A DNA stretch of 64,000 nucleotides from an uncultured Chloroflexia bacterium (GTDB lineage Bacteria > Chloroflexota > Chloroflexia > Thermomicrobiales > UBA6265). The notes beneath the pieces are model-generated. The model worked only from the letters and a program-made list of their open reading frames with translations, was not told the origin of the DNA and did not search any database. Shown one piece after another: positions 32,758-42,400 of this stretch (its first letter is position 1; each line of letters opens with the position of its first letter). A program made the position numbers and the translations under genes. The DNA lies in contig CAVRUC010000013.1 in the NCBI GenBank assembly GCA_963724295.1, forward strand, positions 224,001 through 288,000, in the 5' to 3' direction.

Positions 32758-33237
32758 ATGAACCGGGCCACCATTCCTGCCCATGACGACCTGTTCACCA
32801 ACGGACAGAGGAAGCCTGAGGCGATCGGTCTCTTCGAGATGGTGCTTGAAGTCGCGGACCTGGCCGCGGCGGAGCGTTTCTATCACGACATCATCGGGCT
32901 TCCCGTTGTCGAGCGCTGGACCGACGAGCGGCCAGCCGTCTGGCTGGCACTGGGTCGAGAGGGCTTCCTGGGACTCTGGCCGCCGGAGACGGGCGGCGCC
33001 GTCGCCATCCACGGCGGCCGCGGTGGCCGGCACGTCCACTTCGCGCTTCGCGTACCGATGGGTACGCTGGACACGGTCAAGGCGCGACTTGAATCTCTCG
33101 AGTACCCGGTTGAATCTTGGGACTTCGGCAACGGCAACCGGGCCATCTATCTCGACGACCCCGACGGCAACGTCATCGAGCTCACCGAGCGCGCCACACT
33201 TTGGGACGGAAGCGCGGCAACGGAGGGTGTTGGATGA
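32758..33237 (+). CDS. VOC/glyoxalase family protein
   Basis: EMVLEVADL..AERFY, HFAL, YLDDPDGNVIEL. Confidence 0.9.
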   Translation: MNRATIPAHDDLFTNGQRKPEAIGLFEMVLEVADLAAAERFYHDIIGLPVVERWTDERPAVWLALGREGFLGLWPPETGGAVAIHGGRGGRHVHFALRVPMGTLDTVKARLESLEYPVESWDFGNGNRAIYLDDPDGNVIELTERATLWDGSAATEGVG

Positions 33238-33243
33238 TGCCTG

Positions 33244-33546
33244 ATGGCTGCGGGCTACGAGCTCAGGCGGTTCGAGCAGGCGATTCGTCGCCTTGCCGAC
33301 CCACAAATTGTCAGCCGCATCCCAGGGTTCCAGGAGTATCTCTTCGTCGATGCCGGCGATGGCGCGCACCTGACCATCAGCCTCTACGACGATCCGAGCG
33401 GCGCCGAGCAATCGACGCGGGACGCGGCCAGTTGGGCGGCGGAGAATGTCTCCGCGCTCATCGAGGGACCGCCTCAGGTCACGACAGGCTGGGTCCGCAT
33501 CCACGTCGACGCGGATGACATCGACGAGGGCACGCCAACGGCGTAG
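33244..33546 (+). CDS. Small ABM-like protein (N-terminus possibly degenerate)
   Basis: IVSRIPGFQEYLFVDAGDG..ISLYDD pattern. Confidence 0.55.
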   Translation: MAAGYELRRFEQAIRRLADPQIVSRIPGFQEYLFVDAGDGAHLTISLYDDPSGAEQSTRDAASWAAENVSALIEGPPQVTTGWVRIHVDADDIDEGTPTA

Positions 33547-33571
33547 ATGCGCGGTTGAGCCGAGATCCGCG

Positions 33572-33967
33572 CTAAAAGGTCACCCCGCTGACGAGGATCA
33601 CGTTGTGATATGGCGTGCACTCGCCGGTGCGTACGATAGCGCGCGCCCGGGCACTGAGACGTTTCAACTCGTCATGGGACACGGAGCGAAAGCGCCCGTG
33701 CGGGAACAGCTCGCGTAGAGCGGCTGGCAACGCCTCATCCCGCGCCAGGAGCTCATCGGCAACGATGACCTCCTCGACCTGAAGCTCGTCGGCGACCGCG
33801 CGGGTGACGTCCAGCATCGGTGGCAAACCGCAACGAACGGCCAGGTCGATGCAGGCGACTCCCGGTGGGACGGGCAACCCGGCGTCGGCGATGACCAGCA
33901 GATCGGTGTGACCCATACTCGCGATCGTCCCGGCCAGCGCATGCTGGAGCAGGCCACGTTTTCTCAT
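33572..33967 (-). CDS. rbsD: D-ribose pyranase
   Basis: MGHTDLLVIADAGLP, IDLA, IVRTGECTPYHNVIL-SGV-F. Confidence 0.93.
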   Translation of the reverse strand: MRKRGLLQHALAGTIASMGHTDLLVIADAGLPVPPGVACIDLAVRCGLPPMLDVTRAVADELQVEEVIVADELLARDEALPAALRELFPHGRFRSVSHDELKRLSARARAIVRTGECTPYHNVILVSGVTF

Positions 33968-36502
33968 GATGCCTTGCTCCGCACCGGGCGCTCGGTTGCG
34001 TCATACCCGAAGAAGCGGTCAAAGATCTTCGCCTCCCAGACCCAACGCAACACGTACATCCAGATCAGGACGACGAGGACAATGATCCCGAAATCGACGG
34101 TCAGTTTGCTGCGCATGCCGAAGAACTCGCGTAGCCCGGGGACCACGAGAACGATCGCGTAGAGCGGCACCATCGCCAGCGCCAGGTAGGCGGGTCGCCG
34201 GTCGCCATCCATCTCCTCGACGACGGCAAACCACGGCCCAGGCGGAGCGGCAAAGAGCACCAGCAGCAGCCCGCCCAGCACCAGCACATGGGTCAGCGCT
34301 TCGCGGCTGGCCAAGTCCTGCTGGGGCACCGACGTCACCGCCGCGATGCCACCGGCCCGGAACGCCGGCAGGTCGAGGTCGTACACGATATAGACGCCGA
34401 TGTAGACGGCGAACGCGGCGAGCGCCAGGAGGGTCGATGCCGGCAGCACGAATCGCAGCAGCCGGCGTGGCAAGCTGCGAGGCGGCGGGCCGGGCCGCGT
34501 CCAGAGCGCAATACCGAAGGTAGGAATACCGACCGTGAGCAACGTCAGCAGGGTGATCTGAGCCGGCGATATGGGGAACCCGGCCTCGACGACCAATACG
34601 GCGAGGATGATCAATGCCACCGTGAACACGCGGGTCAGGAAAAGCTCCAGAATGCGGCAAAGGCCGCGCCGGATGCGCTGTCCCTCCCGGAACGCGCTTG
34701 GCAGGGCGCCGAACGAATCATGCAGGAGAACGATATCAGCCGCGTCCCGGGTCGCCTGGCTGCCGCTCTGCATGGCGATACCGAGATTCGCCTGCTTCAG
34801 GCTGAGGACGTCGTTGACCCCATCTCCGGTCATGGCAACGTAGTGGCCGTTTCCCCGCAGTGCTTCGACCAGCCGCTGCTTCTGCTCCGGTGTCACGCGG
34901 CCAAAGACCGTCGAGCGCTCCGCGGCGTCCATGAACTGCGATTTGTCCATCCCGTCGAGATCGAGCCCGGAGACGAGCACGGCATCGCCAGACAGGCCGG
35001 CTTGCCGGGCCAGCGCCGCAACGGTCTCCGGGTTATCCCCCGAGATGACCTTCAGCGTGATCCCGGCATCGCGGAAGCCATTGAGCGCCTTGTCGACGTT
35101 GGGGCGTAACTCGTCAGTGAACCCGAGCCAGGCAACGGGCTTCACCCCCGGAGGCAGCGCCGGCAGACCATCGACCTCCCGAAATGCCGCCGGAGTTGGG
35201 CCGTGGGCGAAGAGGAGCATGCGCATGCCCTTCTCTCCCCAGCCCTGGGGAGGCGCCAGCGGTCCCTTGGTTGCACGTTCCAGCTGTGGGCCGAGGAATT
35301 CCGGGGCGCCGAGGGCGAAGACACCCCGGAACCCATCGCTATCGGCGCTGACCCCGCTCCATTTGTAGGCGGACGAGAAAGGGACTTCGTGCTGGATGGG
35401 GTGCTGTTCGCCGGGGATGGCGTCCGCCAGTGCATCGCTGGTTTTCGTCCCGGCAGAGGTGCTGCGGGCGAACGTGCCCAGCATCGCCCGCACGTCCGCT
35501 TCATCGGCATCAATCGGCTGCACGTCGGCCAGCCGCATCTTGTTCGCGGTAAGCGTGCCGGTCTTGTCCATGCAGAAGACGTCGACGTTGGAGAGAGACT
35601 CGACGGCGTTCGTCCCCTGCACCAACGCATCCTGGTTTGCCAGGCGGACGGCGCCCATCGAGTAGGTGACGATGATCATCAGGAAGAGTCCCGAGGGCAC
35701 GATGCCGAGTACCACCGCCGCGGCCAGCACCGTCTCCTCGGCCGGGTATCCCCAGATCAACGAGCCGAGCAGCACGGTGACGAGGAAGAACGCCGCGATC
35801 ACCAGCAACAGCCGCACGATCAGGTTGACCTGAATCTGGAGCGGAGTGAGTGGAACGCGGTACGCGCGGGCTCCCGCGGTCATCCTGGCGACAGTGTTGG
35901 CGACCCCGACGCGGTCGGCCTGATACCACCCCGATCCGGAGGTACAGAAGCTCCCGGAGGAGACGGGATCACCGGGATGCTTCGCCACCGGATCGGACTC
36001 GCCAGTCAGCAGCGACTCGTCCATCTCCAGTGCGCTGTCGCCGACGACCGTCCCGTCGGCAAAGACCTGATCACCGGCGCGCAGGCGCAGGACGTCGCCG
36101 CGCACGATCTGGTCCGGATCGAGTGAACGCTCACGACCATCGCGCACGACAGTCGCCTGACTGCGGTTGAGCAAGGCGATCTGGTCCAGCCGGCGCTTGG
36201 CGCGCGTCTCCTGGAAGACCCCCACCAACCCATTGACGACCGCCAGACCCGAGGCGAGCAAGGCGTCGCGATAGAGCCCCATCGCCACCAGGACCACGCC
36301 GACGACCAGCAAGGTGATATTGATAAAGGTGAAGAGGTTGCGCCGGACGATATCCCACCAGGAGCGGCCGCTGGAGTCTGGCACAGCGTTGCCCCCCTCG
36401 CTGGCCAGACGGGCGCGACGCCTCGGCCTCGCTGAGGCCGGACATCGTGTCTGTTGCCGGCACGGCCTCCGCCTCAGCCGTGGCTATCTGCGTCTCCGCC
36501 AT
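33964..36502 (-). CDS. Cation-translocating P-type ATPase (HAD-IC); N-terminal +1 frameshift at about 36412
   Basis: LTGES, DKTGTLT, ISGDN, MTGDGVND; upstream ORF (RBS GGAG, ATG 36502) gives GLSEAEA then shifts; repair gives GLSEAEASRRLASEGGN. Confidence 0.9.
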
Positions 36503-36677
36503 TGTCTCTCCTGCATTGCGCCGCCATGGCCTATGTCACCCACGCATGGGTGATCGTTCGGGTTGGGAGAAAGCGCAGTTCAGCTATTTTGCCGCAGAAT
36601 CGGGAGCGGTGCTCCGGCGTCTGCCGGTGCCGGACATGTCATTGTGGTGCAACGAGCGACTCTGTCGTGTCAGCAGC

Positions 36678-36706
36678 CGAAACGACGCGCCGTCTGCAGG
36701 CGTCAT
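36678..36706 (+). promoter_or_regulatory. Putative ECF-sigma promoter CGAAAC-N17-CGTCAT
   Basis: Same -35/-10 hexamers and spacing as the site at 53145-53173. Confidence 0.6.
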
Positions 36707-36864
36707 AACGGCGAGAGATCGCGTTGCCTGGCCGCCTCCGGCACTTTGCAAGGAGGTGGGCTGGCGCTCCGGGCTCTCAACTGACCTAGCGACCGCGCCC
36801 TCTCCAAGAGAGGCTATGGTGCGCTGGTTTTCCCCAACGCTTGGGAATCTGAAGGGAAACATTC

Positions 36865-37353
36865 ATGGACGAACGACGATTCGACGAACTAACCAAGGCC
36901 CTGGTTGCCGCAAAGCCTTCGCGCCGGGAGGCGCTCCGTCGCCTGGCGGGCGGCGCCCTGGCCGCGGTCTTCGGGGGTGTCGCGCTCGAGGGGGCCTCTG
37001 CCCAACGCGTTGGGATCGAAGCCCGCACGTGCGGCCAGAATTGCAATGTGGATGGTGACGACTGCAACGCCGGCCTCCGATGCGGCGCGGGCAGTACAGA
37101 CTGCGTTGCCATCGTCTCCAGCAAGACCAACTGCAACGGCAACGATGGTTGCCCCGAGAAGTATGAGACGTGCAATAACAACGGCAAGTGCGTCAACACG
37201 GTGGCCAACTGCAATGAGTGCTTTGATAAAGACGATTGCGAGGGGGGCAGGGTCTGCAACAACGGCAAATGCATCGAGCCGGATTGCACGGAGAACAGCG
37301 ACTGCGGCAAAAACAAGAGGTGCCGCAAGGGCGAATGCGTCCGGAAAAACTAG
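36865..37353 (+). CDS. Exported cysteine-rich protein with twin-arginine leader
   Basis: MDERRFDELTKAL..SRREALRR + hydrophobic + ASA; 18 Cys in repeated four-Cys modules. Confidence 0.85.
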   Translation: MDERRFDELTKALVAAKPSRREALRRLAGGALAAVFGGVALEGASAQRVGIEARTCGQNCNVDGDDCNAGLRCGAGSTDCVAIVSSKTNCNGNDGCPEKYETCNNNGKCVNTVANCNECFDKDDCEGGRVCNNGKCIEPDCTENSDCGKNKRCRKGECVRKN

Positions 37354-37519
37354 CCCCCGCCACTCACCGGCTCCGGTCTCACGAGGGTGCCCCGGCCGTG
37401 GATGTTCACCGACTGGGAGAACCGAGGTGGAACGTCGCGCGCCGCCTCGAGGGTCGCGAGCTCCCGCACAGAGCTCCGTACCTGGCATCGTAACGAACCG
37501 ACCGTGAGTCGTGAGCCAT

Positions 37520-37550
37520 TGGCGGACGGGGGATGATCCCCCGTCCGCCA
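37520..37550. terminator. Perfect GC-rich hairpin (terminator or REP-like)
   Basis: TGGCGGACGGGGGAT-G-ATCCCCCGTCCGCCA. Confidence 0.5.
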
Positions 37551-37801
37551 CGAGCCGTTGGGGGGTGAGCGCTGGGTGCGCTCGTCGGTCAGGCTCACAC
37601 TTAGTTCGTCTCTTTAGGACGGCTTCGTCACAATCCCAATTTCGCTCACTAGAGGTCGGCAGCCACGCCTGCGATCGTCTGCTCCAATAGTGTGCTGGCC
37701 ATTTGTCGTGTCCTCTCATCCATCACCGCCACTTGCCCGGTCGCGGTACAGTCCCACGCGCGCCATGGTGGCTGTGATAAGGCTCAAGCGAGGAGCGGAC
37801 G

Positions 37802-38194
37802 ATGGCGACGACCGTGCGGTGGCTTTCCGGAATCACGATGGCGCTGGTGTTGATCCAGGCCGTGTTGATCGGCCAGGGTCTTTTTCTCGGTGATCCATCG
37901 CGGACGGCTCTGCATGGCTGGATCGGCAACGTCACATTCGTTGCAGCGATCGTCCTCGCTGGCTTGTCAATCATCAGCGTCCGTCGTGGCGAGCTCAGCC
38001 GTCCCGCGGTCGGCCTCAGCGTCCTCGTGGCCGTCCTCACCGTCGCCCAGATCGGGCTCGGGTACTCCGGGCGAGGTGGAGGTGTGCCCGCCGCGCTGCA
38101 CATCCCGAACGGCGTCCTCATTGCGACGTTGTTGGCGGCGCTGCTGACGGTCTCCTTCTGGCCATCGCCGCGTGCGGAACAGATCCGACCATGA
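37802..38194 (+). CDS. Small 4-TM membrane protein with intramembrane His residues
   Basis: RBS GAGGAG; ALHGWIG and ALHIPNG; hydrophobic helices. Confidence 0.75.
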   Translation: MATTVRWLSGITMALVLIQAVLIGQGLFLGDPSRTALHGWIGNVTFVAAIVLAGLSIISVRRGELSRPAVGLSVLVAVLTVAQIGLGYSGRGGGVPAALHIPNGVLIATLLAALLTVSFWPSPRAEQIRP

Positions 38195-38379
38195 ACCGCC
38201 CGCGGCAAGAGTCGGATCGTGGATCACGCATCCAACTCCTGGCCATCATCCTGGTGACGTTGCTGGTCATGGTGCTCGGCGTGCTGGTTGTCGTCGCGCC
38301 TGACCGCATGGGCGTACCACAGCCGCTCGCAACTCCCGTTGCTCAGCCAGCCGATGGTGACGGGGCGTCAGGGTCGTAG
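38191..38379 (+). CDS. Small single-TM hypothetical protein
   Basis: ATGA overlap with the upstream gene; one hydrophobic helix. Confidence 0.5.
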   Translation: MNRPRQESDRGSRIQLLAIILVTLLVMVLGVLVVVAPDRMGVPQPLATPVAQPADGDGASGS

Positions 38380-38380
38380 G

Positions 38381-39097
38381 GTGACAGGGGCACAGCGCCG
38401 CAAGGACGCGGAGGAGCTCCTCGACCAGACTGGCCATGATCCAGCCGAGCTTGCGGCCAACCTTCAGGATATTCGCACCGTAAATCGTCTCGCCGGCGGT
38501 ATCGCGACCGTACTACATCACCTGCCAGGGCTGCTCGACCACGTCCCTCATGATCGCCCTGCCGAGATTCTCGATCTAGCCACCGGCGGCGGCGATATTC
38601 CGCGCGCTCTGGCAACCTGGGCCGATCGCCAGCGTCGCCCGCTGCAGCTGACTGTCACCGACCGCTCGCCCGAGATCCTTGCCGAGGCGCGGCGCACGCT
38701 TGCCGGCGTACCCAGGGTGGCCTTCATCGTCTGCGACGCCCGCGCGGTGCCGCTGCCGGACCGCTCGTTCGACGTCGTCCTCTGCTCGCTTGCGTTGCAC
38801 CACTTCGCACCCGCGGAGGCGGTGCAGGTGCTGCGCGAGATGGATCGCCTCTCCCGTATCGGCTTCATCCTGAACGACATCCGCCGCTGCCACGCGGGCT
38901 ATGTCGCCGCCTGGGGAGCGTCCCGCATCGCCACTCGCAACCGGTTGACCCGCCACGACATGCCGCTTTCCGTGCTCCGCGCCTACACGCCTGACGAACT
39001 GCGGGCACTCCTGCGACAGGCCGATATTCTTGATGCAACGGTGGCGACGCATCCCCTCTTCCGCATGGCGGCGGTGCGCCGCAAATTCAGCGTCTGA
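38381..39097 (+). CDS. SAM-dependent methyltransferase of the type associated with polyketide synthase clusters
   Basis: EELLD..NLQDIRTVNRLAGG, ILDLATGGGD, SLALHHF, TRHDMPLSVLRAYT; GTG start at 38381. Confidence 0.85.
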   Translation: MTGAQRRKDAEELLDQTGHDPAELAANLQDIRTVNRLAGGIATVLHHLPGLLDHVPHDRPAEILDLATGGGDIPRALATWADRQRRPLQLTVTDRSPEILAEARRTLAGVPRVAFIVCDARAVPLPDRSFDVVLCSLALHHFAPAEAVQVLREMDRLSRIGFILNDIRRCHAGYVAAWGASRIATRNRLTRHDMPLSVLRAYTPDELRALLRQADILDATVATHPLFRMAAVRRKFSV

Positions 39098-39098
39098 C

Positions 39099-40314
39099 GT
39101 GCCGAAGCTCGATGCGGATGTCATCGTCGTCGGAGGTGGTCCCGCCGGAAGTGTCTCGGCGTGGCTCCTCGCCGAGCGGGGTCACCGCGTGCTGCTTCTC
39201 GACAAAGCGCGCTTCCCGCGCCACAAGGCGTGCTCGGAGTACGTCAACCCGGCAGGGGCACGGCTGCTCGCCGAGCTGGGACTCGCGGGCGAGCTCGAGG
39301 CTCTGGGCGCGCACCGCATGGAGGCCATGCTCATCCACGCGCCGGGTGGGCACCGTTTTCTCGCCGATTTCGGAGTCGCCGAGCCAGGGAGTACCGCTAT
39401 TGGGCTCTCCCGCTTCCGACTCGACTCCCTGCTCCTCAATCGCGCGCGGGAGGCGGGCGTGGAGGTGCGCGAAGGCGTTCATGTCCGTGACATCCTGATC
39501 GCGGACGGCTCCGTGCAGGGAGTCGAGGCGACAGTCGACGGCGCCCGCATGAACCTCAGGGCCCCGCTGACCATCGGCGCCGACGGACGGCATGGGGTCG
39601 TCGCTCGAGCGCTCGGGCTCGACTCTTCCTTGCCCTGGCCGCGGCGAACGGGGCTAGTGGCCCACTATCGGGGAGTCACCGGGCTCGGCGCCTGGGGCGA
39701 GATGCACGTCGCTCCCGCTCGGCAAGGCTACGCGGGTCTGGCGCCGCTGGAGGAGGGTCTTACTAACGTCGCCTTCGTCACCGCGAGTGCAGCGGTAGCG
39801 AACCGATCTGGGTCACTCGAGGCGTTCTTTGCGGAAGGTCTATCCGGCATCCCGGCTGTTGCCTCCAGGCTTGCTGGAGCGGAGCGAGTCGGCGGCATCC
39901 GCGGCATCGGACCCATGGCCCATCGCGCGCGCGCGGTCATTGGCGACGGGTACATGCTGGTTGGGGATGCCGCGAGCTTCCTCGATCCATTCACCGGCGA
40001 CGGGATCCATGAGGCGTTGCGTGGCGCTACGCTGCTGGCGCCGGTGGCCGACGGCGCATTGCGGGCGGGTGACCTCTCCGCCCGGCGACTCGGACCCTAC
40101 CGCGCCGCGCGTCGCCGCGCGTTTTGGGCCAAGCGACAGGTCTGCTGGCTGGTGCAGGGATTCATCGCCACGCCCGCACTAATGGACTACGCCACCGCGC
40201 GTCTCGAGTCGCCGCGCTACGGCCGCACAGACCCTGGCTGGCGTACTGGGCGATCTCTACCCGGCGCGCCAGGGGCTCTCCCCGGTCTTCCTGGCCCGGC
40301 TGCTCCGGCCATGA
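39099..40314 (+). CDS. NAD(P)/FAD-dependent oxidoreductase (geranylgeranyl-reductase-like); +1 frameshift at about 40212
   Basis: VVGGGPAG, FPRHKAC, GADGR, VGDAASFLDPFTGDGI; repair gives ...LAGVLGDLYPARQGLSPVFLARLLRP* at 40314. Confidence 0.88.
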
Positions 40315-40316
40315 GG

Positions 40317-40462
40317 CCCTCACCCCAAACGTCCCTCACCCCCAACCACCACCCGCTGCGCGGGTACCCGGCCCGTCGGAGACAGGAGAGGGGGATCGCT
40401 GCTGGGCTGGCCGTTCTCCCTTCTCCCCGCTCCGAGGGGAGAAGGGCTGGGGATGAGAGGGG
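40317..40462. repeat. REP-like palindromic element (CCCTCACCCC...GGGGAGAAGGG...GGGGATGAGAGGG)
   Basis: Nested C-rich/G-rich inverted repeats between convergent genes. Confidence 0.65.
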
Positions 40463-40465
40463 CTG

Positions 40466-41755
40466 TTAGCCCGACGCGTTACAGGTGAAGCTCCAGACGT
40501 GCGACTCGGCGTCCGCCTCGACAATGATGTTGCCGTTCGCATCGACGCGGTCGCTCTCGGCGTAGCACCAGATCATGCTTTCGGATCCGAGCGCGCCCTC
40601 GGGTTTGAGCTGGTAGGTACCCGCGGGGAGATTTCCGAAGCGGGCGCGGCCCTGGGCGTTCGTATCCGAGGTTGCCAGCGGCGCGGAGGCGCCGTTCTCC
40701 GGGTAGAGGCTAAAGCTCATACCGGTGACCGGAGCCGTACATTGACCAAACCAGTCAAATCCCTGTTGCGGCTGCGGGATGTCGCACGTCTTCGCTTCGG
40801 CGATGATCGCCCCCGTGTTCTCCGTTTCTTCGGCCACCTGCACCAACGCGGGTCCGCTTGCCGGGCGCCGGCCAATATCCGTGTCGACCCAGTACGTGGT
40901 CTGCCGTGCGGGAACGACGTTCCCCTCCAGCTCCAGCGTCAGTTTGCTGAGCTCCACGAGCTGAGTGGTATCGTCGCCGACCTGACCGCCTCCGGCAATC
41001 GCGACGTTGTTGTCGCCGCCGGATGCATCGGCATTTGCCGTGCCGCCACTGGCATCGATCGCCACGTTGGCATCATCACCGCGGATATCGCCAACCGTGA
41101 CCGAGCCGCCGCTGGCATCGGCGTTGGCTACACCACCAGTGCCGGCGTTGGCCTGCCCACCGTCGGCCTCGCCGCCGCCACCTTGAGTCCGCTCCCGTTC
41201 CTTGACCACGCTGGTCTCTTCCGAGATCAGGAACGCGCAAATGTCGGCCGGCGGGATCGTGATCTTGCGGACTGGTGGTGCTCCGGCTGCGCCCCGCCCC
41301 GTGCAATCACAGACCGTGCGGTAGAGTGGGGCGTCGAATTTGCAGACGACGTCGATCCAGTAGGTCGGAGGCGTGCCAAAGAACTCCTGGCTTCCGGCGA
41401 GCGTTGTCTGGGTCGTGTCCATCGTCACGACCTGCTGGTTCGTCTGAGCGCAATTGCCGGCGCAGACCTGATTGTTCGCGTTCACGACCGTCTGAGTCGA
41501 TTGTGAGGAACTCGTGGCGACTCCACCCGGGGCGTTGACACTGACATCGGTGTTGTCGCCGCCCTTGTCTCTGTCGCGGTTGTTATCTCGTTTCTTGTCA
41601 TTGTCGTCGTCATTGCCATCAGCTTGAGCCGAGGGAATGCCGAGAAATCCCATCGGGCTGGCAATTGCCGAGGCGACCACCCGCCGCAGGACAGAGCGCC
41701 GCGACGCACCCGTAGTCATCGTCTTCGCAAGCCGATCGAAATCTGGATAATCCAT
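40466..41755 (-). CDS. Exported protein: MD..FD leader + Tat motif, Gly/Ala/Asn repeat, C-terminal Cys-containing Ig/Cna-like domain
   Basis: RBS GGAGG before ATG 41755; MDYPDFDRLAK..SRRSVLRR; ANADASGG x2; TNAQGRARFGNLPAGTYQL. Confidence 0.75.
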   Translation of the reverse strand: MDYPDFDRLAKTMTTGASRRSVLRRVVASAIASPMGFLGIPSAQADGNDDDNDKKRDNNRDRDKGGDNTDVSVNAPGGVATSSSQSTQTVVNANNQVCAGNCAQTNQQVVTMDTTQTTLAGSQEFFGTPPTYWIDVVCKFDAPLYRTVCDCTGRGAAGAPPVRKITIPPADICAFLISEETSVVKERERTQGGGGEADGGQANAGTGGVANADASGGSVTVGDIRGDDANVAIDASGGTANADASGGDNNVAIAGGGQVGDDTTQLVELSKLTLELEGNVVPARQTTYWVDTDIGRRPASGPALVQVAEETENTGAIIAEAKTCDIPQPQQGFDWFGQCTAPVTGMSFSLYPENGASAPLATSDTNAQGRARFGNLPAGTYQLKPEGALGSESMIWCYAESDRVDANGNIIVEADAESHVWSFTCNASG

Positions 41756-41839
41756 GCTGAATGCCTCCCATGGCGTCACAGACACCGCCAAAAGGCAGCG
41801 CATCGCCGGTTCCATTGGTGCAGGAGCCGTGCCACGCTG

Positions 41840-41868
41840 ACAACGCGCAGGGGACAGGTCCAGTTGCG
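41840..41868 (-). promoter_or_regulatory. Putative ECF-sigma promoter CGCAAC-N17-CGTTGT
   Basis: Same architecture as three other sites; about 85 nt upstream of the 41755 start. Confidence 0.55.
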
Positions 41869-41919
41869 GAGCGGTAGCATGGAGCTCCGGAACGTCGACT
41901 GCCGTGGCGCACTAGGAGC

Positions 41920-42400
41920 ATGATGCATTCCGATACCACCATCATGATGCACGGCCCGCTGCCACGGATTGTCGAGTTGGCTGCTGACGTGGAGCGCTGG
42001 CCGGAGATTCTTCCGCACTACCGCTGGGTCACGCTCCTCGCGGGGGGAGGCGATCGCAAAGTCGTCGAGATGGCTGCCCGGCGTGGCCGCCTTCCGCTTC
42101 GCTGGCGCGCTATCCAGGAGGTTGACCGGTCGGTTACACCGCCGGTCATCGCCTATCGGCACATCTGGGGACCCACGCGCGGCATGGACGTCGCCTGGAC
42201 ATTCCGGGAGACCCCGGACGGAGTCCATGTCAGCATCACGCACCGCTTTCATCCGCCGTGGCCCCTGATCGGCAACATGGTCACCGACCACATCATTGGC
42301 CCGCGATTCATCGAGCACGTCGCCGGGCTGACCCTGAACACGATCAAGGAGATCGTCGAACGCGAGCCGTGGGGCGACGATCGGAACGAGCGCCTCATGA
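41920..42400 (+). CDS. SRPBCC/polyketide cyclase-dehydrase domain (reads in frame into the ketosynthase in this sequence)
   Basis: LAADVERWPEILPHYRWV, GMDVAWTF; RBS AGGAG; ATGA junction at 42397-42400. Confidence 0.8.
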
